Positions 47,239-60,500 of a stretch of 64,000 bases of DNA are shown one piece after another. The DNA comes from Seison nebaliae (lineage: Eukaryota). The translations under genes and the position numbers were made by a program. How positions within the stretch are numbered: position 1 is the first letter of the stretch; each line of letters starts with the position of its first letter. Under the pieces are notes generated by a model that was given only the letters and a program-made list of their open reading frames with translations, was not told the origin of the DNA and made no database searches. The DNA lies in NCBI GenBank assembly GCA_023231475.1, contig JALJEE010001046.1, forward strand, positions 1 through 64,000, written 5' to 3'.

Positions 47239-50200
47239 ATGTCTTTAATTTTCCAAGTTTTTTTCCATTACGTTCAAAAATATTCATTAAATATTTTAGC
47301 GGATTCTTCGACAATCATCTCTTTCGAAAATCTTTATTAGGAGGAATGCCGTTTGTATTTTGTTCTTAAATTAAATTATATTTTTTTCTCAAGACAATAA
47401 ATTACGAATTGGACCGAATTAGGAATATCGGTATTTCAGCACATATCGATAGTGGGAAGACTACTCTAACTGAAAGAATTTTATATTATAGTGGAAGAAT
47501 TAATGAAATGCACGAAGTTTGCACAAAATTTAAAAATTAACTTAATCATCTTCTAAGGTGAAAGGGAAAGATGCCGTTGGAGCGACGATGGATTCAATGG
47601 ATTTGGAACGACAACGTGGAATCACTATTCAAAGTGCTGCAACTTATATCGATTGGAAAGAGCATAACATCAACATTATCGATACTCCAGGTTTTCATTC
47701 AAAAATTTGCTCAAAATTTTTATTTTATATTTCTCCTAAATATAATTTTAAAAAAAACTTTTAGGTCACGTTGATTTTACAATTGAAGTAGAGCGGGCGT
47801 TGCGTGTATTGGATGGTGCAGTTCTTGTGTTATGTGCTGTTGGTGGTGTTCAATCGCAAACATTGACTGTTAATAGACAAATGGAAAGATATAACGTTCC
47901 ATGTATAGCGTTCATCAATAAGTTGGATCGTTTAGGATCGAATCCACAAAAAGTTATTGGTCAAATGAGAAATAAATTGAAACATGAAGCGGCATTCGTT
48001 CAATTTCCAATGGGATTAGAATCGAAATTAAATGGAGTTGTTGACATTATTGATGAACGTGCCATTTATTACGAAGGAGCAACTGGGTTGGAAGTTTCTT
48101 TAAATTATTTCATTTCCAAACATTCTTTTTTAGTGCAACAACTAGAAAAGATAAAGTTCCCGAACAATATGAAAATGATTTGAAGAAATATCGTCAAGAA
48201 TTAATCGGTTTTCCTTCATATTCCCTCCGATTATTTATCTCATAATTTGTCAAAGAACATCTCTCCAATGTTGATGATGAAATAGCAGAAGTGTTTCTTA
48301 GTGAACAAATTCCAACAAAAGCACAAATTAAAGTTTTCTTCCCATAAATTATTTGTTTGATGTGAATGATTATTGGAAATTAGAAAGCTGTTCGACGTCA
48401 ATGTTTAAAGAGAAAATTTACTCCAGTTTTCGTTGGTTCCGCTCTCAAGAATACGGGTGTTCAGAGTTTGTTGGATGGTGTGGTGGAATATTTGCCAAAT
48501 CCTTCCCAAGTCAATAACTTTGCAATAGAAACAACAAAGTTATTTTATTATATTATTTTATGATTATTTAACTTCAAATCATTTTGAAAAGAAATGAAGA
48601 TGAAGAGGAAAAGAAAATTAAATTAAATAACTTTCGGAATTCAAATGATGAATTTGTTGGATTGGCATTCAAACTAGAAGTTATTTTTCTTTTTAAAACT
48701 ATTTCATTTAATAATTGATTAATAATAAGGCAGGTCGTTTTGGACAATTGACATACTTGCGCATTTATCAAGGAACTGTCGACAAAGGCCAATATATTTA
48801 TAATACAAGAACGGGAAGAAGAATCAAAATTCCACGCATGGTACGAATGCATTCGAATCAAATGGAAGTTTATCTATTTTTCTCTCCGTTTCTTATCAAT
48901 TATTTTCAGGATACAAATTCTGTATCATCTGGTGACATTGTCGCATTTTTTGGTGTAGATTGTGCGAGTGGAGACACATTTGTTACAAATAAGAACCTTA
49001 AATTAAGTATGGTTAATGTTATGGTGTAGAGTTTGTTTTCAATTGAAATTTGAAATATTTTAGGAATCGATACATATTCCTGATGCCGTTCTCTCAATGT
49101 CTATTCGACCTGTTGATAAAAATAATTTAGAAAATTTTTCGAAAGGATTGGCAAGGTTAAATTTAATTGTTGAATTATTTCTTTTAATATTAATTTTGTC
49201 CGTTTTCATTTCTTATTATTTCTCTGTAATATTTTCACTATAATTTAATTTTCATTATTAATTTTATTAATATTTTCAGATTCACAAAAGAAGATCCCAC
49301 ATTTCGAATAGCTTACGATAATGAATCGAAAGAAACTTTGGCATCGGGCATGGGTGAATTACATTTGGAGATTTATGCTCAACGTCTCGAAAGGGAATAT
49401 GGAGCGAAATGTGTATTGGGCAAACCGAAAGTAGCTTTTCGAGAAACTTTAATCGAACCTTTCCAGTTATTAATCGAACCTTTACTAATAGTCGTATTAA
49501 TTGTGTTGAATGGAAATTATTGAAATATTTGAAGGTTCGATTATCAGCATAAAAGACAATCAGGAGGTCAAGGTCAATTTGGTCGAGTGATTGGAATTAT
49601 TGATGTTAGACATATCTGCTTTTAATTGGTGAATTTATTGTTGATAATTTCTAGCCACTTGGTTCAGATAAATATACTTTATGTGAATTCCGAAGTGAGA
49701 CGATTGGAACAAATATTCCAACGCAATATATTCCTGGTATTCGTCGTGGTTTCAATGACAGTTTAATTGAAGGTCCATTAAGTGGAGCGATCGTATCTGG
49801 AATACGGATGCGATTACAAGATGGTGTAAGTCATGCTGTTGATTCAAGTGATTACTCTTTCTATCTAGCTAGTAAGGGCGCAATGAAACAAGCGTTCGAT
49901 GAAGGACAATGGCAAATACTTGAACCGATTATGTTAGTTGAAGTAAATGCTCCCAGCGAATTCAAAGGTGCCGTTCTTGGACAATTGAATAAAAGAAGTG
50001 GAATCATTCAATCGACAGACGGTAGCATCGAATGGTCGACAGTATTCGCTGAAGTACCATTGAACAAAATGTTTGGTTATGCAACTGAGTTGCGTTCAGC
50101 CACTCAAGGTAAAGGAGAATTTACTATGGAATTTCATCGATACGCTCCCGCCCAAATAGATACGCAAAACCAAATTATTGACGAATATATTAATTCGAAA

Positions 50201-50239
50201 CTCAAACCAGTATCAGTTCATTCGCGTAAGAAACGATGA
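47239..50239 (+). CDS. GFM1: Mitochondrial elongation factor G1, 15 exons
   Basis: Presequence-like start, [65 protein letters not shown] and [15 protein letters not shown]. Fourteen GTT-AG introns restore the frame. Confidence 0.95.
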
Positions 50240-50925
50240 ATTTTCTCAATTTAACAATTATTATGAAAGAATTGTTTTGGCAGAAGATATAAAATTTTAT
50301 GTATATTTATAAATTTTAATTTTATTCATAAGTAATCGTTATTATTATACAAATGTAATTTAGAAACATAATTGTGATATTAGGAATATGTATTGACATA
50401 CATTATATCACACACATTATAAATTTTATCCACTCTACCACAATATCGATATAGTATAGAGTCTATACTATAGACTCTATAGCAACTTAAAGAATATGAA
50501 ATATATAAGAAATCCTATTGATATTTAATGAAAAATTAGACATTTCGAAAGACGATTAAGTAATAATTCAAGAATGTTAGATGAAAGATTGTTTGTGCAA
50601 AAGAATAATTAATATGAAAATAATTTTGAAGGAGACATTACCATCAAATTAACTCTCTAATCTTATGAATAATTGAGGAATAATGATGATTTCGATACAT
50701 TTACCGTAATTTAAGTTAGTCTACTGAAAAATTTTTCAATGTTTATCATTATTATTGTTATTTAATATATGTGAAAAGTAGAAGAGAATTGCGATCTAAA
50801 TATATAGAATAGATTATCGTGAAACCGAAGAAATTCGGAGTAATTTGAACATAAATATCTACAGATTGTTATTTGATGATTTGGTTAAATATTTAACTTG
50901 TAAGAACTAAATGAAATTGACAAAT

Positions 50926-51620
50926 TTATATTTTGGATAGTTCAATAGAGTTCATTATCGATCTAATCGATTTAATGATCCATTTAGTACTTTCGTTGAA
51001 GAAATGAAGAGACATGATTAGAAAGAGTTTTCTCAGAGTTTTCAGGTCAATTTGATCGCTTCTCCTCCCTAAACTCCATCGCCATTCATCCAATAGAGAA
51101 TAGTGAATCGAAATAGTCATAGATATAATTGATATTCAGGAGATAAATGAACAATCATAACAATGACCATATTGGACTTTCATCTGTTCGCGACTTCCAT
51201 TCTTCTGATTAGTATTCCAGTTGATCGAAGTTATGAATTGTTCAACAGATGACTATCTTGACCAAATATATTTCCACTGAATTTCATTGTTTTCTTATTT
51301 TGTTTTTCTATTCATTCCAAAGAATCGAAGTCTTTTATCTTCTGATTACATTATCATGTTCTTTCAATTAATCGAAAGTTTCCATTCCAATTGCTCTCTT
51401 CATCAATCAAATAATTCACTTTTCCTCTAGTCTATCCGTCTGTTGGAGAAGTAATCATTGACGAGTAAATTGATCGAAATGAAGAAATAGATTTTCCAGC
51501 AATCTTTCAGACAGACCACTTTCATTCCAAACAATATTTGGTGGATATATTTCGTTGCGGTTATATGGAGATATATCAATTGATACGGAACATTATCAGA
51601 GTGTTGACCTATTTTCATTA
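50926..51620 (-). pseudogene. Possible decayed coding sequence of unknown origin
   Basis: Protein-like stretches (EIYPPNIVWNESGLSERLLENLF; VNYLIDEESNWNG; YGHCYDCSF; DEWRWSLG) broken by stops and frameshifts, with no intron-like interruptions. Confidence 0.25.
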
Positions 51621-53326
51621 GAGAGAAAAAGGAAAGAAAAAAGACAACAAAACTTCTTTCTTCCCACCAAAAAAAAATGGAACTGATTGAAAGGGAAAGA
51701 AATTATCACACAATCAAATCGTGATGTGCGAATTAATGTAATTCTTTCAAAGTTGTCATCTGATATTGTTTAGGTTGATTAATTCTTGCAGAATATTCTT
51801 GGAAATATGTTTCTTCAAATTCTTATACTTCATTACCTTCCCACCTGTACCCTCAACTCACCTCAATCAAATGTTACATTAACTTCCCAACTTCTTCCCG
51901 AAACATTTCTTTCCTTCCTTCCTTTCTTCATTCATTCATTCAGTCAGTCAGTCAACTAAATGACTCTTTTGCTGGTGAGACACATTGAATAATTACAATC
52001 ATTCCAACAACAATAATAATTCGATAAGAGAAATATTGATATTGATTGCTATTATTACAATGATTGCACACAAGATTGTTACTTCCTGTTTTTCTCGAAG
52101 AAATTTAATGAAGGAAGTAAACAGTCTCGTCAGTTTGCCTGGTAAAAATTTCCTTTAGTAGAAATCGATTAAATCATCTAAAATTTTATGTTTCTCATCA
52201 GAAAAAGAATTGAAAACCGTCAGAGATTACACATTAATTCTACTGATTTTATTATTCTAAATGAAATGATTATTTTTAATGATTTAAAATATTTTTTTTA
52301 TTCAAATTTCCAGATAATTTATTAGAATCATTTTAAGATTTGTCTTTGTTTTTTTGTTTTAAACTTTTCATTTCAGTTAGTTAACAGATCATCTCTCTGG
52401 GATACTCTTCTTTTCGTTTTTGTGATAATCAAATATTTTTACGGAAATGATTCATCGAAATTAAGATAAGAAAATTTCATGTTAATTACAGAAAGGTGCC
52501 ATTGACAGGAATGTAATCATAAATTGCTTAAATTCCAACTGTGACAAATGAAATTTCTTGGAATTTTTCTATTTTTTCTTATTTTCATTTGCACTCTTAA
52601 TTGACGGTGTAACTTCAGGAAGAAGAAAAAATAACAGAACAATCTTCCTTACGCTCACCTCTATCATCATTTACCAGACAGGAAACATGTTGTCAAATTT
52701 GACAAAAGCAACAATTGTTCGTTTAGTAAAAACTTTCGTCGAATAACAAACAAAATTGTGGAACTGACCTGAATTGTCTCGAATTATCAGAATAATTCTA
52801 AGTTGATGGTATATTTCTAAATTATATTATCGCGTTTACGACAGTAACGATCGTCGTTGAATTTGAAAGAAAATACGGAAGAAAATTTCTTTGTTATTCT
52901 CGCCAACTTTAACTTCATGTTCATCATCAACGTAAGAGTATTGTACGTCTATATGACAATTTTGCGTTATGTGTTCTCCGTTTTTTTTTTCGACAAAAAA
53001 GAATCGACGTCTAATTTTTGTTTATCATTATCATCGCCATCATTCTTCATAAGATTGATATGAAGAAAAGAAGAAAGAACATATTAGGAATCATTAAGAT
53101 GCTATTCCGTTTAATTTCATTTGGCGTTAAGAATGCGAGAAAATACATATAAAAAAAATATATGTAATATTTCCCTCTCCATTTATCGTGTTTTCCATTA
53201 TCTTTCCCCCTCTTTATTTCCCGGTTGTTTATTTTAATCGACACAATGAAGCACACTTTCATAGACGATGGCGCACATATGGATGAATTAGACAGTCATA
53301 TGTTAAGGTTAGTTGTTGGATTCAAT

Positions 53327-53364
53327 GTTATGTTGTTGTTGTTGATGATGATGATGATGATGAT
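53327..53364. repeat. Compound microsatellite (GTT)n(GAT)n
   Basis: Read directly. Confidence 0.85.
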
Positions 53365-56300
53365 TGTACAATCGTTTTCTTCTCGTTAATTATGTGTACA
53401 GCTGTCTTTTAGGTACATTCTAGCGTATGGTTAAAGAATAGTTCCACTACATTTATGACATCAACTTATATAATGTCATTCAAGAAGGAAATTTCTTCTT
53501 TCGGTTCCCTCAAACCACAATTCCTCTCATTCAACAACTAACAGTTCACTCCGTAATTTCTTTTACTCTTAACAATTCTTTTAATTCGAAATAATTGTAA
53601 AAATGTGAATGAAATATATTAAGGAACCTTCAAATTTAAGGATTCACAGAATGAATCACTTAATTATGAAGAGGAGTAGGAGGAAGAACTAGGAAGAATT
53701 GCCTTTTATTTGTTGCTGTCAAATAATTCAATAACGTTTTCGTTTTTCGCTTTAAGTTACTTTAAGAACTATTTATTTTTAATTATCATTACTTGGGAAA
53801 CACTTACAACTTGTTAGTAGAAATCTTTCAAACTCAAGTTTGAAAACATTTTAATTAGTCACCTCTATGTCAAAGTGGTTATACAAAACCATTTTAATTT
53901 AAATTGAAGTTCATAAATTTTTTAATATGTGCAACTGATAAGGTGATTAGTTGAAAAAGAATTGAGTTCAATATATATCGCATCGTACCCAAAAACATCT
54001 TGTAACGAAAGCTAGATTATAAGAAATTTTTAAGACATTCTCACAAAACATTTTTTTTGTTAACTAGAAGACTAGTAAGTTTTGTATGTAGATTCGATCT
54101 GAACCGCATGTAACATAAAAAATAAAAGTTAGAGTTGTAACACGAAAGTCTTTTTGGGTAAGTTGGAAGAACAAACTCATCTTATGTCGAACATTTTTAT
54201 GTACATAATCATACATTCTCTTTGTGTTCCACTATCATGTCATCATCTCAAATAACGTTCTCCTTTACATGTCGAATATGTTAATACAATGCAAATATTT
54301 CCTTTAAATTCAGATTATTAAACAATATTGTCGAATTATGATCAATTTCTAAATGACCGCCGGTCACCATTAATATGATAATTATCAGTCGGATCTGTAT
54401 ACTCCCTTTCATATTCTCATCAGTCTGATGTGAAATTTGTCTTTCATACGTCATGTTATATAATCAATGAACGAAAAGTACTTCGTTTGGTGAAATTGTT
54501 CTAATTTTTCCATAATATTTATTTAGCTAATTTTTAGACACAATCGTTTCCCCTAAACCGATTTCCAGTTAGAATAATTACAAATTGAAATTTGAGTCCT
54601 CTTCTGCACAGATTGCGGTCCAGTTTCACTATAATTCATTCATCAAAAGTATGAAAGAAAGCAAACAATGAATCATTTACCTATTTTATTCCGTCTCTTC
54701 TTCTTCTTTTACCATCTGGTGACAAACAACTTGAACATTATGAAAGGAAATTCCCAAAATGGAGAAGAAAGGAAAAGGATGTAATTATGAAAATCCTCTC
54801 TAAAAGCGGAAGAAGAATATGGTGGTGAGATGAATTTATTTGAACGGCTTCTTTAATTCACCATCCGTCTACCTTTTCTTCTTTCTTTTTTTTGCTTTTT
54901 AAAAACTTCTCCAGTCAATTTGTTGATGAGTTTAAAATAAGTGTTTATTATGTAATATAATTTTATGGACAGATGTCTCGTTATCAAACATATATATTTT
55001 CTTACTCATGAAAAGTTTCCGTTCTTTACTCATCTCTGATTCATTCATTTCTATAATAAAAATAATAAAAGAAATCACCAATTTCTCATTCATATTGAAG
55101 TTGAATTGTTATAAAAACGAAGAAGTGATTCCTCTTCCTCAATTGGAATCTTTTAAGAGAAAACTTAGAAAACTTTCGTCGGGCTATACATCGAATGTCG
55201 CTATCGCAACATTATGTGTAATTAAGAATTGAATTGAATTAAATTTAACTTCATCTTCTTATCATTCTTCCCATGTTTCCCAAGTCTGTTTGATAGTGTA
55301 TTAAGGAGCAATAAGTTTTGTGTAAATAAGGTTTTTGGTAGAAAAAATTATTCAATTTATTTCTAAGGCAATCGGTAAACTTATTTCTTCTTTTGATTTT
55401 CTTGTATTTCTACATCAATTCTTTTCCAACGACAAAACAAATTCTCCGAATGATAAAAACTTATTTGCTACACAATTGAAAGACAATTCATCAATATTAA
55501 TTTCCGTTTCAATCATTTCTAGATTGGTCATTTGGAATATTATTTTATCGAATTGAATGACTTATCGTTTGTCCCAAAAATATTTTACGAGTTTCAATTA
55601 TTGTCGCCAATTCGTTTTTTTTTCATTGTGTATAGTTAAGAGGTAATTCTTAGTCTGAGTTTGGTCGTCTAATAAGTAGATTTATTGAGAAAAGCACATT
55701 TTATGTTAGTGACGAAAGTAAATAAATGGACTTGAACAATATGTCTCCGATTAACATTTTATGTTACGGGGAAAAAAGTAAGAACTTATATTGTGTATGG
55801 TGGAATTGCATTTTGTAATAAGATTTTGTCCAATGTTTCTTTTTTTATGGAAACAATCGTTCTAGATTAATATTTACGAACAAAGCGGTTTTTGTTTATT
55901 ATCAAATCCGGTTTAATTTTCACTAAAAATCATTTGAGTTTTTTTCATTTTAACAGAGGAATTGTCTGATACAACTTCTGCTATGTCAGTAAATAATCAT
56001 CATCTGATATTATTAGATTGATAAACTTACGACATAAATAGTTTAATCAGATGGAAGTTATGTTAATAGAAGTTTCTTGGTTGTCGAGCTAAGCCTATTC
56101 GTTATACCTGCATAATAATGCTCATTTCAACTGTTACATGTATATGTTCCTTTTTGTGTTATGTTCATATACTTCAAATAAAACGAATAGGAAAATTGTT
56201 TTTGAAAAAGAATTCAGAAATATTGTAAATTCCTTAATGATATAGAGCGCAATTGAATTTTTTGGTTGGCATGGCAACCAAGTGACCTTGAATTAGAAAA

Positions 56301-57552
56301 TTCTCCCACCTTCTTATCCCTTGTTGATCGAGAAATTCTCTTTTTTTTGGGGGAAAAGCCATATACAAATACTTGTTCTCCAACCCGACACTAGTTCGTT
56401 CGACACAGAGAGATCATTTGGGAACACTATTCGAAAAGTTGGTTAGAGAAGAAACAGTAAAAAGTTGACACATTTCATTGCAGTTGAATGACGATCATCA
56501 ACTAAAATTGAAATGACATCCTGATATTTGGAAGTAATTTAATGAAATTCTTCTCATTCATTCCGTCGTTTATTATAATTATTTCTCTCAGTCTTCGCCA
56601 TTCTGAGCATGTTCCTTCTTCCTCTCATTTATATCCAAGAAACATTTGTATGTTATTTCCCAATAAACCAAAGTAACCTGATGACGTTGTCCACTGAAGT
56701 GATGATAGTTCAAAAAATCATCTTTCCGAAAAAATTTCTCTTTTATTGCATAGAAAAGGAAAGAATTTAACATAAATTCTCGACAGTATGTAATAACATT
56801 TACTTCAGTTGAAGGAAGGTCAGTTTGATAAATAAGAACTCGTTCGTCATGCGAAACAATTTTAATGTTCCATCATTTCCTTCTCGTTAAAAGTGAGAGG
56901 AGTGGATTGATCTCTCATTCATTCATTTTCTTCTATCAACATGAATCTATATTATTTATTGGGATTGCTTCATTCAATCATCTTTCCACTTCACCATCAT
57001 CAATGTAACATTATCTTTCTCTTTTTCCAATTCACAAAATTATACTGAGAATACTTTTAAAATTTTGATGCACACAATTGCTCGTGCGAATAACAACAGA
57101 TGTAATACCATGACTTAATTTCTTTATGATCATTCTCGTCATTCCTTATCAGATATTAAAAGAATTATTTAAGGAAATTCCTTATTTTTCCTACAAACAA
57201 CATTTGACCAAATGGAATTTTTATGAGAATGTCATTAATTAAACTAATTTCCGTTTTATTATTGCACCAGAATTATTATTTTCCTTCTATTCAATTGTTT
57301 GATTTCTCAAAAATAACAATTCTGATTTCACAGATCTGTGTGAAAATTTTAGTTGGACAAATTAGAAAAATTACAAAAAGAAATATCGTAAACATTTGGG
57401 CATCTTAAGCAAAATGTAGAGAAATAGAGAATTTTTGGAAAGAAAATTTTTGATGTTAATTCTTCAAAAAATTAATTTAGATATCGTGAAATCACAGTTA
57501 AAGAGTTTGAAGAGAAACATTAATTTATTGGGAGAAATATTGTACAAAAATA

Positions 57553-60500
57553 ATGACGTTGAATGATCATCGATCTAATTTGGAAGAGAGTGATGAAGAT
57601 GAGGACAATCATATCAACCTATGTGTTGTCACGACGACATGGAAGAAAATGTTCAAGTTTCCATCTGATCGTCTAATTTGGACAATAAAGAAAGATGTCA
57701 TCGAATCCTGTCCGCCAAATGTTTCCGATCCATATAATATGGGTCTCTATCTCCCACCATCAAATGGACGTGCGGGGAAGTTTTTGGACGAAGCGAGACT
57801 ACTGAATAATTATCCATTACAATCAAATGAAAGTCCATTTGTCATACTCGAATTCAAATATAAAAGAAGAATATATAAAATTTTAAACATCAACGAAACG
57901 AAAATAAAGAGTCTTCACACGGAAAAGAACTTGTGTAAATTTCTTCACAATATCAAAAGTCAAAATGTGAATAAAGTATTAAAATTATTGAATAAAGGAC
58001 TCGATCCTAATTTTCATTCAGTTGACACTAAAGATACGCCTCTAACACTCGCCATTCATCAATGGTCAGAATCGAATAATCAAATTGAAATTCATTCACA
58101 AAATACGAACGAAATTCATAAGATCAACAATAGTTCCACATCGGATTATTCGTCGAATATCAGTCAACTTTCAAGTAATTTTAGCAGTTTCTCCAGCCTA
58201 CCACCAAAAGGACAAAATGAAAAGAAATTTAGTCGAGTCAATTCAGCATTAAATACGACACTTCGTCGAAATAATACGAATTATACGCAACGTGTTAATA
58301 ATAGAGTGGAAGCATTCAAACAAATCGTATTGATGTTAGTTGAACATGGTGCTCATTTAGATTATCGAACAATGACTTCATTAACACCATTGCATGTGGC
58401 TGTCCAACGGAATAATTTGGCTGCTGTTAAAATACTTTTATCGTTAGGTGCATCACCCAATGTATATGATACGAATGATTTGACACCACTCTGGTATTCA
58501 ATGTCATCAGTTGTTTGTTTACCAATCATTCGTCTTCTGCTGCATGATCACGCCATCGTGAATGATTTGAGAGATCCTAGTGGAAATTCTATTGTGCATG
58601 AGGCGGTTATAGCCAATTCGGCTGAGAAACTTGAACAATTAATATTTTATGGGGCTATTCTAGATCAACAGAATCAAATTGGTAATACTCCTTTACATGT
58701 GGCCGTATTACATCGACATGTTTCCTACTTCTTATCCACATCAGTTTATTTGATTAATATTTTGTTCGTGTAGGAAGCATGTGTGCGAATGTTATTGTTT
58801 CGGGGTGCTGATTGCACAATAACGAATGATATGAATCTAACACCCAAACAAATTGCGGAAAAGGAAAAACTAACATCTTTCGTGAAAATGTTCAAGAATT
58901 TCAAGAAGAAAAATGCAGGTTAAATTCATGATTATGACTACCTCCTAGTTAAATTCCGAGAATTATCACTCCTTTGTCGCTTGTGACGAGTGGAAGTATT
59001 AAGGAACTATTCGCGTGAAACTGTTAGTGATACAAACAGTGAACGACATAAATCATATTTAAGTGAAGGAAGAAATCGAAGAATTTTAGAGTGGTGTAGT
59101 AGTTTCAGGAAAGGCAGAGGAAATTTCAGATTTATCTTTCTAATCGTTTCTTTTATTTATACATAAAAATTTGAAATTTCTAAATGATTCCTAAGCAAAA
59201 AAAGAGAGTAAAAGGTTTCTTGTTTACTTAAATGTAAAAAAAAATTGGGGAGACCAACATGAAAAAGCAATGAGACACCAAATAATTTTTTCCTTTTTTA
59301 AAGAAAACTCCATTTTTACTTTTTTAGAAGATAATGAGATGAAATGGAAATCTGAGATGAATTAGATACAATTGAACATAGATCAGATTCATTGACATTT
59401 CCTCAATCCCCATTAAAGCGGATCGATGATTCCTTTTTTATTTATTTATCGTCATTCTCTTTTGGTAAACATTTTTACTAGTTTTTTTTTTCGATGTCTT
59501 TTTTGTCCATTCGATTTCGACAACATCTATAAATAGATTATATTCCCTAGATTAATTTGTAGAGGAAATATCTAGTTAGATAATAATAAGATATAGTATG
59601 TATCATGAAAATTTTGAAAATGTTTAAAGTAAAAATTTCAGAATTGAATAATTTGAAAGACAGTTTTTGGAAGTAATAAAATTTTATCGTTATGAAAATG
59701 TCATTGGAGGATCGTCAAATACGTTTTTAAACAATAATATTAGCGACGAAAGATGATATGTGTTCCGAAGAAAAACGAATTATATTTATGGTTTTTTACG
59801 AGGGAAATATAATTGAAATTTTCACAAGACGAAAAACTTCCGGAATTTCTCATGATTCTCATCTTATCGATGTTAATGACTATTATTATGTTGGTGAGTG
59901 ACAGAGAAGGTTAAAAATTTATTGTTTTTTTTTCGTGGCATTCGATCATGAATGTAGAAATGTTCCGTCTTCGCGTCTTCCCCATAACTTATTTGTCATG
60001 TAACGAGAGGATCAGATGTACATTGGAAAATGTGACGAGGTGATGTTCGATTGATCGAACGATCAATAAATTATGTGATTTCCATTTGAACTACGCAAGA
60101 GAAGGTGAAGAAGAAGGAATAAATCAATTTTTTTGTTGATGTGATAGAAAAGGAAAGAATAGGAAAGAACTGAATTGTGTCTATCGACGAGAATAATTTC
60201 ATGAAAAACATATTTTAGAGAATTATCTCACAAATCGTTAATTGTAATGTATTACATAGAACCGTTCTGTGGTTTACCGGTACTCAACAGCAAAAGAAGA
60301 AGTATATATTTCTCATCAACTTTTCTCAACGACCGAAGTCTCTCCGTTCAAAATAAACAATCGATTTCAATGAATGAAGAAAAATTGGTTTTCGATTCGA
60401 AATATCATCGAAAGAAAATTTTGAGGAATTCCGAACGAGAACGAACTTATTCATCATTAAGTCATTCGTCAGCTAATGCTTATGGTGGTCAATCAACAAA

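Noticed and set aside
13875..50239. Fragmented ORFs as pseudogenes or an alternative genetic code
   Set aside because: The interruptions in conserved genes are resolved by short GT-AG introns, and TAA, TAG and TGA all serve as normal stops.
54065..54088. miR-7-like TAGAAGACTAGTAAGTTTTGT
   Set aside because: The seed differs and there is no proper precursor hairpin.
56410..56430. bantam-like seed GAGATCA
   Set aside because: The opposite arm does not pair across the seed region.
51700..57500. Short ORFs upstream of Shank
   Set aside because: Low-complexity F/I/L/K-rich translations typical of AT-rich non-coding DNA, probably regulatory or 5' intronic sequence.
59895..59945. ACAGAGAAGGTTA...TTCGTGGCAT resembling U6/U6atac
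   Set aside because: Lacks the AGC catalytic triad and internal stem-loop, and the spacing is too short.
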